A stretch of DNA of 64,000 nt from Bugula neritina (taxonomy: Eukaryota > Animalia > Bryozoa), in the NCBI GenBank assembly GCA_964035545.1, contig OZ037766.1, positions 22,246,767-22,310,766 on the forward strand, given 5' to 3'. A program made the translations under genes and the position numbers. Each line of letters opens with the position of its first letter. Position 1 is the stretch's first letter. This document shows, piece by piece, positions 18,367-31,199 of this stretch. The notes below the pieces were generated by a model. It saw only the letters and a program-made list of their open reading frames with translations, was not told where the DNA came from and made no database searches.

Positions 18367-21300
18367 TTACATTTCATTTTCTTGAGCATATCTTTTGAAG
18401 TTTGAAATGATGCCCTGGGAAATGAACTCTGGTCTCTCCTTGGCAAGTCGCATATAAGCATTGTTGTATAAATCTAAATAAGTCCAGTTGCCAGACTTCT
18501 GTAAAAAGGTGACCAGGGCCTCGCTCTGATACTGTCTATAAATATATTCCTGAGCAAAGTAATCATTTGGCTTACTTAACAGAATATCCGGGTTTTCCAT
18601 CGAAAATTCCACAGGCATGGGGCATTTGATACGCTTTGAATCAGTTGATTTCCTGGGATAGTGCAACCTGCGACAGGCTCCACACTGGGATGCTGATATA
18701 AAGTTGGGGCGGCCATCGTTGACTCCCATAGGAGCAAACGTTTGATTTTTGAAGGTGTTGTTTAAAACAGGGTTTGATACACCCTGGATCTTGTATCGGG
18801 TGTAGTGAGAATACAGAGATGTATTGGAATCAATTTTCTTGATGAACGACGCTAAGCTCTTGACAGACTGGAAATCATTCACCAAAACTGCACTGTCACT
18901 ACATGGTAAGAAGTCCTAAAAATAAAACTAGGTTATATAATAGTTATAGCATTTAGAATGTATCGAGAGAGCAAGGGTTACTGTAATGTGATGAATGAAA
19001 ACGAAAACTCGTGAGAAAACATGGTGTGGGATATCTATGAGTATAATAAGCATGTGTTCTAGATTGGAAATGTAGCAAAATAAGTTATATTATCATGAGT
19101 ATTTCAATCTAAACCAAAATTTATTAGGAAAATTAAATAACTTGGGCTATCTTAATTTCTCCACTACTGCACCTAATTAAGTATAATAGTAGAGCATAGA
19201 AGGCATGGCAGAGAGTAATGGACAATTCTTATACGGCTGCCTGACTGGTTTCACCAACTAAGTAAATTACCAAACTTTACTAGCTGAAACTAAGCAATCA
19301 CACCAAACTACAAGAATATACTAAATAGCCATACAACGATATAGGGATCGGGAATGGTCTTTTAAAAGAGAACATAACAAAATCTATTAAAACTAGAATA
19401 AAAAAACTTGCTTGTAAAGACATATATTTCCTAGAATATCTCGACAGTAGAAAGAGACTCTGAAATAGAATTGATTATACAGACACTTTTGTCAGACGCA
19501 CCTTGATGCTGGGGCTACCATATATAATTGGCACAGTTCCCACATAAAATGACCTCCACAGCTTCTCCGTTATATAATCATCACAGACAGCATTTTCTGC
19601 AGCCATTACAAACTTGTATTTCGACAGCAAGCCATAGAAGTCTCCGTGATCCATTCCACTAAGATTATCTTGTAGACTAATTGAGTAAAACATACATACA
19701 CTGCAGTAACATATACATATCATGTTGGTATCTAGTTGTTATTATGTACCCTAAATTCCCTATAGGAAATTAGGACAGAAAGTTACATTCTAAAGTCTTT
19801 AAACCAATGTGAGCTCAGAATGGTTCACTCTCTTGAAGAATTTAGCTCTACATCTATGCTCAACTGTAGCAATACCTGCTAAACACCCACAACTCCAAAA
19901 TTATGTTATCTGTATAAAAGATTAATGCTCTAATGGAGCAAGTGGCAACCAACCTCTGATGATTGTCAATAGTAAAAATTCAAATAAATTTTAATTTTAG
20001 ATAAAATTTTATGTAAATCAAAAAAGAGTCTATTACTTGTACACATTTAACAATAACAATGTAGTTTATCATATTGATTCTACTCACGAAACAGTAAAAT
20101 TTGAACATAATTTATAAACTTTCTTCTGCCCAACACTGTGCAGCATTATATAAAATAAACAGTAAGCTGATGGTAACATATCTAATGAGAACAACACAGT
20201 TCTACTACACACTACTTTATGGATAGTGTGACTCAACAACGTAACACAACACCACATGTGTGAGTATTGCAGATTTTGAACTTCTCCACCACACCTCTAT
20301 TTGCCACATTATAAAAATTCTAGCCATATTAATAATTCACTCTATCCATACTTACTGTTTGGGCAACTGCTTGTTATTCAAGCATTTTCCGAGACAATCA
20401 ATTTTTATGTGTTTGGACAGAAGCTGCACTAGATGATCACGGTCCGATGGTGCCCCACAGTCACTCTGAATGTAAGCAATAGGTGCTAAGTCTAATTCTT
20501 TCATAAATCTATTCTTTTCTTCTACTGTGTGATAATATTTCTGAGACTGTATAGCCTGTTGATGATATGATTTAACGTTTAATAATCATATTTATATTTA
20601 TATAACAGTACAATATTATAATGAACAATAAGAAATTGTCTTTCCTATTAACAAAAAATTAAACAATCAATTGAATAATGGACAAAGGAATTCAACAATG
20701 GCTAAAAATAAAGATGACACTTTCATTATTATATTAAAATAAATATTTTAAGATGAAAAGACATGGACGAAGGTGAAAATAAATGCATAAGAAAAAAGGT
20801 AAATGAAGCCTTTCAATATATGTGGATATTTTTAGGAAGTATCACAATATTACTCTACACTATTATAATATTAAGATCTAGTATATTGTTTTTCTTTAGC
20901 ATTAACAAATTATTCTACACTTATAGTTATAGTACCACAGTATTGTTTTATTATAGTATAATTCCACATCATTACAATGATAAGATTGTAATGATGTGGA
21001 ATATTATTTCATGCGCAACACCTAAACTTCTCTTCAGAATCACAGTACTAGCCAACATAATATACAATATAAAAAAATCGAATGGAACAGAACACTGAAA
21101 ACCTATCAATTTGGCATTTCCTAACTAACTAAAGGTATGAATTGTGATGCAGTTGCACTGATCATTAGCAGAATTACGATTAGGTAGATTTAAAAAAATT
21201 GTCAATTACTAGTTTGGAAAGTTGAATAACTTGAATTTTTATGATACTGTAACTATTAGCAATTTAACAAATTTTTACATGGTATTAGTAACACCAGTTT

Positions 21301-22536
21301 GCCACATTTTTTAAACCAGAATAATCATAATATTTTTTCAACAACTTGTAAATACTGTACTCCCTAAATTGTACTCCCATGAATAAAAATGATATTAATG
21401 TACATTTAAATAATACAATACCTCAATACTCTGGAGCCACAGTAGCGTAAGAGGGAAGTCACTTGTGCGTTGAAAGGTTGCAGTATAATTAAATAAAGTC
21501 ATAAACTTTTCATTACTCAGTGCCCACATATTCTTGGGAGACTCCTCATGAACAACAGCCCACTGATGGTGCGCTTTTCTTGGTAAGGGGAGGTCATGAA
21601 ATTCTAGGGATGTCCCATAAAACATTATCATCTAAAACAACGAGGACCAGCTCTTACTGTCTAAGAATGGTAGACCTAAGAATATAGCGGGTTATGACTT
21701 TCACATCAACTGTATACCCGGTTGATGTACTCTCTCACCAATGTGCAATTCTATATCAACTATGAAAAACTTGGTGAAGGCCATTTCTCGACTCTTAATT
21801 AAGGATCTGCTCAAATACTAAACTTTAAATTGAAAGCTCGGCCATCCGAGAGCACATACTTACCTGTGTAGAAGGATGACTTAAATAAGACCGGTTATTT
21901 GTGAAAAAGCAGGACACATCCCCACATTTTTTAATACTGCTAGAGTAGTGCTGGGAGTCAGTCCACCAGAGCACTGTAGGCAGGTTTTTCTCTTCAGCTA
22001 TAAGTGCATCTACCGACATATGATATAAATCCTTAGACTTCCATAACAACATAACTTCTTAAAACAAGCTTGACATGAGGTTTCAAACACAAAACTAGCT
22101 AACAAGGTTCAAAATCCTTAAAATTAGTTGATAGATTAGGGGTTGCAGAACACCACTATTAATAGAATATTATTTTTTTAACATGTTTTAAACTTTTCAC
22201 TAAAGCCATTAGTGAAGAAACAAACACTTGTACTTTTCCATTACACCACACAGTGCTTTTCATATAACAAGCTTACCCTTGCTTGTAGTCGACGTTGTAC
22301 TTCTATCAACATCATGTGTCACAGTGGTTACTGTAGATCTACTGCCTGAACTTTTTACCTTCAAATACAAAACAGTGATAGTTGATAACACAACTAGTAC
22401 ACAATTATTTTAACTTTATCAAAGGAAAAAAAAGATGTCTATAACTCACCCATATATGCACAGTTATAATGTTTAGCAATGCAGCAACAATGCACACGCC
22501 TACCACACAGTAAAACAATTTTTGAAATGAAATCAT
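18367..22536 (-). CDS. FUT10: GT10 fucosyltransferase of the FUT10/FUT11 type, complete multi-exon CDS
   Basis: Exons (-): 22450-22536 (N-terminal TM), 22277-22358 (Ser/Thr stem), 21864-22009 or -21997 (PTVLWWT...CFFT), 21422-21631 (FYGT...LPLPR...HEESPKN), 20356-20555 (YIQSDCGAPSDRD), 19502-19676 (YKFVMAAENAVCDDYITEKLWR...VPIIYGSP), 18367-18915. FUT10 versus FUT11 cannot be resolved by eye. Confidence 0.92.
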
Positions 22537-22859
22537 CGTGTGGCACCTCCAGTTATCCCACAGCTCCCAAGAATTAAGCCATCTTAATTACAAAGTTCTG
22601 TGCCATTATTACTTTGAGCTACAAAAGGAAATTAATACCAACATAGTGAAGTTTAAAACCATATTTATCTATTGTGATGCAAACTTTACTTATAATGATG
22701 ATCAACTCAATTACAATGGCTTTTATAGCTTTTCAAAGTTGTGGAAATGACAACAAAAATCTGGGGATGAGAGATTACCTAAAACAGAAAAAATGAAAAA
22801 TTCAGAAACGCAGACCTTAAAATAAGGATAAGTTGTGCAAACATGCTGTCGTGGCCAGG

Positions 22860-23260
22860 CAGAGTATGGGCAGTTGTCAAGGTGAAGCTATTATAAAAGA
22901 AGGAATTTTTTTATAAAATTTTTGACTCATACTACAAACTTAGACTGAAGTTGAAGACAATAGTGGAGCCATAAAGGATATAGAGTTACAAATCTGGATA
23001 ACCTACAGAAGCAAACGATTGCCAGACTACATAGATACCACTAGAGGAATAAAGAAAGGCTACCATTGAGCTAGAGAATGTATAGGACTATAAGAGATAA
23101 CGACAGGCTGGACCCACATTATAGGGTGAACCAATACATCTAAATTAGACCAATGGGAGCTATGAAAAATAACTACTCATAAAACATTGTAAATTACGGT
23201 AAGAGCAGACTCATTTGAATACATAAAACAGATGTAATGCTCGTTAACCACAGCTTTAAT
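22860..23260 (+). mobile_element. Possible highly decayed RTE-like LINE reverse-transcriptase remnant
   Basis: Purine-rich segment reading LDNLQKQTIARL and then, in another frame, TTRGIKKG, resembling the RT motif GVRQGCxLS; many stops and frameshifts. Confidence 0.3.
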
Positions 23261-23569
23261 GACATGAAAATTCTCAAAAATCAAACAAGTAACAATGCAC
23301 AAGATAAAGAGCATAGTTTGAGGTTTGATAATTTTTAAAACTTAGATTGGATTTAGATGCTCATAAGAACTTTGTTAAAGGCTAAGAAATGCAGCTGGAA
23401 AGGATTGGTTAACATCATCTAGAAGTCCATAGTGTAGCCGAAAAGAGTATTTAAAGCCTGAACTGTGTGCAGTTGTAGAATAATTATAATTAGTTTTAGA
23501 AAATACTTAAACTTATGCTAAATGCAATTTCATAGTATCAGTTTACAGCTAGGGCACACGAGTAGGTAT

Positions 23570-25300
23570 TCATACCAATATTAGTGTTACTAACTATGAT
23601 ATAAACTTATTCATATTGAGTTGAGCTAAACCTAATCACTTAAAATGCAACTTTATTTTAAGAAATATTATCTATGAATTATTATGAGTATGATAATCAT
23701 AACCATAATGTTATTGATAAGGATTATAACTTCTGTCTTCTAGTAGTAGCTGGTTCATTGAGTGAAATCAAAAACATGAAAATGAAATTGAATATTATTA
23801 CTATTACAATTAGTATTACAATTAGTATTACGTTTATCATTTAAGAGTAACATTTTAATTTTATAGCTATAAGTATAAGTTAATCTATAAGTATATTTAT
23901 ACCTGAGCCTGATGCCATTTATATATATTCATATTCATATTGATTTGCATATAAATACTAAAACAGAATATTATTCCATTTGAATGTCATATTCAAGTGA
24001 TGTCCATAATGATAATCAAAATCACAATCTGATTATCATAATAAATATCATAATCATAATGATTAATCATTAAATTTAATATTTAAATTTTCATTTAAAA
24101 TTAATGATTTAATTTTATATTCATATTGAAATAACATCGTATTTGTAATACTTATACTATGAGTATGTCTCTTAGTATTACTACTCTAGTATTAGTATTA
24201 CTATTAGTATTACTATAAGTATTACTATTACTCAATTAGTATAACTATAACTATAAGTATTACTATTACTATTAGTATTAGTATTACTGTTACTGTATTA
24301 GTATTATAAATACTATATTACTATCCATAGTTATTATTTCATTTATTGACTGTAATTAATTATAACTATTTTATTGAAGAAATAATAATATAATTATAAT
24401 GATACATATAATTATTTTAATAATATTAATAGTATAAGTCATACTATAATAGTTATTAGTTATGACATATGAGCACGCAAAGGGATTTTTATGTGTCTGC
24501 GTGTTTCTAGCCATTTTTTTTATAAAACCAAAAGTAAAAACTAACGTGTGGACCAGCATGTTTTACAATTAGGTTTCAAATCTGGGGTTAATTGTGTCGT
24601 TCCAAGTAATAGCTTTTGTAAAGCTTCCAAGACGGCACTCCGGAAATGGCAATATTATTCGAATAGTATTAGTATTACTATTAGTATTATCATTATGCAA
24701 GTTCATGATGATGATGACAATAAATATATGCGTAATGGTGAATGGCTCAAAATAATCAAATAACATATTATTACTAGCATCGTATTGTTTTTTATTTTTA
24801 GTGTGTTGCTTTCAGTTGTAGACTTGTAGTTGTTAACTTATTCACTCATTTCAGTGTTTCACAGCTTCAAAGTCTCCGTAGGCGTAACACTAACAGTAAG
24901 TCTAATGGGTAACGGTAACACTGTTACTTGTTAATGTTAGTGTTACTGTTTCAGTGTTAGTGTTTCAGTGTTGGTGTTACTGTTTGTGCTACTGTAACTG
25001 TTGCTAACAGTAACACTAACTGCAAGTGTAACAGTAACACTAAGTTTAACAGTAACACCAACTGGCAACAGGCAACATCGTTGGTAATGATTTAGACTAT
25101 AACTATAAGATTAAGTATAATAATTATTATATTTATTATAATTTGAATTACATTTTATTTTATTGATATATTAATATATTAAATTATTAAATGTAATACA
25201 ATTAATATTTATATTATAATTATAAATTATATCAATATGAATATCTTTAAAGTTGAACTTGAAGTCAAGGTTAATTTTCAACTTGAAGTTTAAGTTTAAA
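23570..25300. repeat. Degenerate 6-bp-periodic tracts flanking the probable FUT10/11 first exon
   Basis: (AGTATT/ACTATT/ACTATA)n at 24150-24330; (GTAACA/CTAACA)n and its inverse (TGTTAC/TGTTAG)n at 24883-25080; AGTTGA/ACTTGA/AGTTTA at 25250-25300. A CpG-richer island at 24470-24660 interrupts them. Confidence 0.8.
24546..24660 (-). promoter_or_regulatory. Probable non-coding first exon and promoter of the fucosyltransferase
   Basis: GTTAGT donor on the - strand at 24545-24540; CCGGAAATGGC at 24640-24650; the ATG exon has an upstream acceptor at 22620-22619. Confidence 0.4.
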
Positions 25301-25302
25301 AA

Positions 25303-26090
25303 CTAATCTACATCAATGATCTCCCTCAATCTGTTACATGCAAAGTTAGTCTATAGACTATATGCCGACGACACATTTATATATGCTGAAGTTAATAAAG
25401 AAATATAACAGGAAACTTTTCAGAGAGACCTAGACTCACTTAATAGCTGGTCACTTAAATGGAAAATGCCATTTAACACTGATAGGTGCGAAGTGATCGT
25501 ATTTGGTAAAACTAATAACACCTCCCATCTATATACACTTGGTGACACCACTCTCAAAACAGTTGAAGAAGCTAAATACCTTAGTATAATCATGCAGTCT
25601 GGTCTGAAGTTTGACAGACATATTACATCTTAAGTCAACAGTGCTGTATCAAGCATACGATCTGAAGGCAAAATTAATTTCATACCCAAGTTTATGTAAA
25701 CCTATCCTTGAGTATGCGGACACATTGTGGGATTCATGTAACAAAAGTGCCTGTGAGGAAATCGAGCATGTTTAAAGTCAAGCCATCAAGTTTACTGCTA
25801 ACCTCAAAGGAAGAGGTGGCATCAGTGATGCTCACACTGAATTACAGCTTAAAACTCTTGCAAGCCAGCAAAGAGACCACAAATTAACTTTGTTCATGAA
25901 AATATTCTCGAATGAAAAACGTCATGACACACTTTCTCTGCTTGTGATGAACTTTTAAACTCAAACTGTTGAATAAACACTCGATTTGCTAAGAGAGGAG
26001 AACCAGCATTTATTTCTGCGTCTTCACAGACCTTTCACAACAATTTTCTCCGTCAAAGCAATAGAGATTGGAGGATACCACCCTATAACA
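25303..26090 (+). mobile_element. 5'-truncated, decayed non-LTR retrotransposon (CR1/L2-group LINE), RT C-terminal half
   Basis: Across frameshifts it reads IYINDLPQ, RLYADDTFIY, QRDLDSLNSWSLKWKMPFNTDRCEVI, AKYLSI, PILEYADTLWD and NNFLRQSNRDW, in the standard order. Confidence 0.9.
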
Positions 26091-26130
26091 CAAACTCAGC
26101 TTAGCTATGTGCTAAAACCCTATACATTAT

Positions 26131-26573
26131 AATTAAATATATGGGTCATTTTACTTATTTTAGTACACACTGGAAATCTCCAGTTTTTAGCTATTTCTCA
26201 CAGATTAACTGCTAATGAACAAGGGCTTTACCCAAAACTAGTAAAATATGAATGAATACACCTAAATAATCAAGGTTCTTCTTAATTTTGCTTGATTTCC
26301 CGTTTTTTCCTAATTATTCAGCTAATTTTGATTGCAGAGTGTTATGAAAAAACCATAACTCTCCGAAATCATAAGTGGCTTAATAATTTGAAAAAAAACA
26401 TGGGAAATCAAGCAAAATTAAGCAGAACCTTGATTATTTAGGTGTGTTTATTCATATGTTACTAGTTTTGGGCAAAAAGCCATGTTCATTAGCAGCTAAA
26501 TTGTAAAAAATAGCTAGAAACTCGAGATTACCAGTGTGTACTAAATTAAGTAAAAATGACTCATATTTGAATT
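26131..26573. mobile_element. ~440-bp foldback (long imperfect palindrome), MITE-like
   Basis: Arms of about 210 bp, e.g. cacctaaataatcaaggttct / agaaccttgattatttaggtg and tttagtacacactgg / ccagtgtgtactaaa; centre ttatg-aaaaaac-cataa near 26350. Confidence 0.88.
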
Positions 26574-26689
26574 TAGCTACATGCTAGAATATATTTATTA
26601 CAACGTATGATAAACCCAAGCAAAAACAACATATGAGGCACTCACAATTTTGCACCTGTAGATTTTAGCAGAGTGTTCTAATTTTTGCG

Positions 26690-27820
26690 AGGTGAATTAA
26701 AACAAAAGTAAAACTAAAAGTAAACGTGTTAACTTCAAGTAAAACTAAAAGAACCCTCCCACTTACACTTACTGTTTCTCTAAGTGTTTTACAAGGTAAA
26801 AGTTCGCTTATAGTTTAATGTTATAGTCGTATTCAAACTCGAAGACGATAGTCATACAATGATACTGATAATGATGCTGATACTTGTTATCATAATAGTA
26901 ATCAAAGTTTCATACTCATAGTCATACTGTCACAGTGATAGTGACAGTGTGAGTGCCATCGAAATTTGCAAAGCTAGAAGTAAATTTGAAGTCAAAATAT
27001 TATTATTAAGCGTCTATCACGACCATGCCCCTTTCCGCATCCGGGTGCATCACAAAATTTAAATTATAAATACTGATCACACCTGCATTATAATAATTAT
27101 TATGCTGATCTGTCATACTCATAGTCATAGTAATATTTTAATAACCATAATGATTATAATGATGATGATAATAACTGATATGTACAGGTAGTGCTAAAAT
27201 GTTTGTAGTAAAGCTAATAGTAATACGTAATCACCTATCACTTATCAGTATGGGTTGTTGTTTGAAATATTTTAATCTTTACATTAAATTCAATACTAAT
27301 TACAATAAATTTTAACTAGAAGCATAACTATAAGTCATCGAACTCTTAGTTCATTAGTTGTTCTACTACTTATGTTTATAATTATAGTGAAATTCAATCT
27401 CTTACTCACACTTTTATGAATAGTGATAGATATAGTAATGCTAACAGTAACACTAACAATAATAAGGGTCATGGTGATAGCAATACTGTTTAAGTATGAT
27501 GGTAACCATAATGACAACACTATGCCTGAAGTTAATACTACTTATACTTATAGTTATTGTTGAATTTGATACTTTTACTTTAATTGTTATCGTAGTAGTT
27601 ACAACACTAGTGAAAATGGTAGTCATGCTAATACTCATACTATCATACTGATGGTGATACTGATTTTAAACAATTATTTTCATTGTGAATATTGTTGTAC
27701 TACTTGGTTGCAGGATTAGTCATACTCATACTGATACTGACAGTAATAATGACACTCATTGAGATAATGAAAATACGATTTACTAACTTTGAAATATTTA
27801 TTATACTTATAGTGTAAGTT
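26690..27820. repeat. Degenerate 6-bp-periodic tracts around the probable OSBPL promoter
   Basis: catactcatagtcatactgtcacagtgatagtgacagt, gatactgataatgatgctgatact and aatgctaacagtaacactaacaat; short CpG-richer island at 27010-27055. Confidence 0.75.
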
Positions 27821-29133
27821 GAGGCCTGAAAACATGGAAATGAAATGTGGAACGTCAGTTTTTAAAAAGCCTACATTTTCGTGTTGTTTGATCATAGTGT
27901 TTTGGTCAAGCTGTTATTGAACATATAATTGTGATTTGGTGAAATCCAATCGCTTTATTAGAGGCTTATGACAAAATTGAAAGGTTTTGCTTTATTTTGT
28001 TTACATTTTATTCTCATCAGCTTTTTTTTAAAATTTTTATAGGTAACATAACGTCAATTTTAGTTCTTTTGTTTATTTTAGTTATTGAAATAAATATGTA
28101 ACGGTTAATAACATAAAGTTACTATAGTTATCATGAAATGAATATTCTCCATATTATCAATTAGTATATTCAAAATTTATCATTTATTTACAAATAGTCA
28201 AGCGAATAGAGTTGTCAAGTTTATTTTGCTTTTTCAGTAAGTCATACAAACTACACACCTTCAATTTTCTTTAAAAGTTGAACTTAAGTTTATTTGCTAT
28301 TTAGTCTACAGCAGCTTGATTAGAGAGGTTAACCAATATATCATCATATAACAATGCCACCAAATGTTTTATTTTTTTATTAACTTAAAAACACTATAAA
28401 TTTTTGGTTCTTGATAAAGTAAACTGACCCATAATTTATATTTTTAGGAAAAAGCTGCCATGCTTTATTTTTATAAGTTTTGTAGTAAGCTAACAATTAT
28501 GAGTATCTCAAATGTACGAAGTATTCTTAAAATGGTAGAGGAAACTTAAGCTCAAGTTTTGCTCATCCTAATCTCGTCTATTATTCGCTTTTGACAAGCT
28601 AATTTAAACCTAATGTTTCTATCAGCCTGAACTCACTTTGGATTTTATCAGTTTGTTTGTTGACTTTATATTAGGACCTTTTTTATTTGATATGTCTGTT
28701 TCAAGGTAGGGTTTTTGCATTTAATAAATTTTTTATTAGCTAGTTATTTAAGTGACTAATCAATACTCCGAAGCCCATTAGTTTTAATGAAGTTGTTTAA
28801 TAAAATAAAACCAATATTATTTTTATTGTACCTAATATGTTTAAGGTTCAAGCCCCAAACCCCTAAAAATGGCTTGCCTTATGTGCACTAGGCAAATATT
28901 TCACAAACACTGAGCAGTTTCTTCAAGCATGACTTTTTTCAATGTGGGTCTTTCAGTATGAGGAAACAGAGTTTCTAATCAGACCACAGAAAGCTGTGAC
29001 CAAACTCTCATTTTATTTATGGTAATTTGAACTTTTGAGATATAATTTTTCTCGTTTTGTATTATTGATGCATAAAAGTAAGTAGAGCTTAGTTGCAATA
29101 GTCTGAGGTGTGCTATGGCAATAATTGCATTAA

Positions 29134-29834
29134 CCCTTACGCGATCAATGGACCATATATGTCCCTGAAAGCGACACTATCCACAGATCAATGGACCATA
29201 TATGGTCTTTTAAGTAAACAAACAATAGCGCTTACTTTAAACTTCCAGTTTTCAACTGAAAAGCCTAAAACTTTTTGTAATTGAGGTTGATAGGACAGCT
29301 TAGTAATTTTGGAATAATTAGAGCCATTAAATTTGATTAAATTACTAGCTACCAAGCCAGCTAGTTGCTTTTCAAGTTAGTCCCTAAATTTCAAAATTGT
29401 CGGTACATTTTAACGCTACTTTCAAATGCATGAAACTGCTGTCAAATTATAGTGAGCCAGTTTATTTTACTCAGATTACTTTTAGAAGAACATATAAATA
29501 GACAGAAAAGTTAAATTCACTATATTTTGAATCATATTTTGAATCATATTATGAATTAATTTTATCATTTTAAATTTTCATTTTTAAAATGGCGGTTTTG
29601 AGAGGCAAATTGAAATGACTGATTTTAGCTAGAAGTGAGGTCTCCCGTCACTTTAAGAAGCTTTTTATAAAAGAAAATACTCTTAACATTATATTATTCA
29701 ATTTAATTAAGGCCAAAATCAAGTGTAACTTTTTAATAATGAAATTGAAAGTTATGCAAAATTTGTTAGCAAATTTTGCGATAAACTCAAACGAGGCTTG
29801 AAATTACGCAACTTCAAAGTTGATCGCCAAAGGG
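29134..29834. mobile_element. Non-autonomous piggyBac-type DNA element (701 bp)
   Basis: TTAA on both sides (29130-29133, 29835-29838). Ends CCCTTACGCGATCAA and TTGATCGCCAAAGGG form a 13/15 inverted match starting CCC. Subterminal direct repeat gatcaatggaccatatatg occurs twice. No transposase ORF. Confidence 0.88.
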
Positions 29835-31199
29835 TTAACTCTGATATGGAATAACGTCAACAGTTAATGGTTTTATGTGTGCCCTAAGGCTTAGGCTTTC
29901 AAAGCAAATAAATATTGAATATTGGTCTCAGCATTGGCCAAGTATTTAGCAACGTCAAGTAGGTTGTTGGAGGAAATGAAATTAGCTATTGACTATATCT
30001 TCTCCCTAATCACCTAGTATTGTGTTTTTGTAAGAGGAATAAAGTTCAAATAGGTATACACTAAAACCTAAGCTTTTTACCAAAAATGTTTCTGCATAAA
30101 TATATGAAATTGAATTTGTAACACAGTTCAATGAAGTATCATGCAAAGAGTATTTTGTAACTTCAACAAAACTATTATGTTACATTCTTTTTTTCTAAAC
30201 AGACTCTCAGTTATTAGCTACAATTCAAGAATAACTGCTACACTCAGTGAAATTTGCATCGCTGCCAAAATGGACTCTAATAAACTGCTATTGGATAGTA
30301 TCATTACTAATAAAACTAAGCAACTCAATGCTAAATTGTCAACTCCTAATATAATTTGCCCACAAATCTAAAAGTTATCAAGTGCCAAAAAATGGTACAA
30401 TGAATTTATAAACATTTTATAAAATTATTCAATTAATATTTAAGTTGCTGAAGACTTCACAATGATGAAGTTTAATGCACAACAATGTTATAAATATACT
30501 TAATTAGCTTGTTAATATGTAATGAACATAGTTAAGTCAAGCAATACTGGTCCATTCTTTTGAATGATTTACTTATGGTGACCCAGTCATTTCTGCATGA
30601 AATTTTTTTTGGAAACTTGTCAGTTGTCTACTAATAAGGGAGAGTCTATCTAACAGCATAAAGTTAGCTAATGTTCTAATGAGTTTATTGACTTTGATGT
30701 AGCCTCCAGTGTAATATGCTAGCTCATAAATCACATGTTATTTGACTTGCTTAGTGCATAATTGTATTAATCTCCCATAGAGTTTACACATGTCATTATT
30801 TATCTGCAATCAGTTATATTTCTACTTGCTTTCTGTTTTCCTACCTTCAATGGTACGTTAGCAGTAGTCTTTATTGAAAGCTAGTTTACAATAGTATGTT
30901 TAAGTCTATATCAAATTATATAGCTTTGTTTACAAGATATTAAGTAATTTTGAAATAGACACCACATAGCAGTTGTTAGCTATCTATTATGTCACCATGT
31001 GTGTTAGCTGTAATATATTGCACTGTTGGGTACACAATGCATTCTTTAGTTAGCATGCATCATGGTGTGTATTGATTGCGGCCTGATATGTTGGTATGAT
31101 GTTGTATAGATTCTAATGTGTCATTCTGTATTAATGTACATCAGAATGTTTTATGGTGTTGTAATTTCCATTAGATTTGACACCTAGTCAGTTGCTGCC

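Noticed and set aside
18179-18367. 62-aa ORF whose ATG overlaps the fucosyltransferase stop (TAATG)
   Set aside because: No recognisable protein features, and TAATG is frequent in AT-rich 3' UTRs.
27335-27638. Ile/Thr/Ser-rich ORFs (also 7694-8005, 24371-24766, 37856-38175)
   Set aside because: They are by-products of the periodic low-complexity DNA and lack coding or splice structure.
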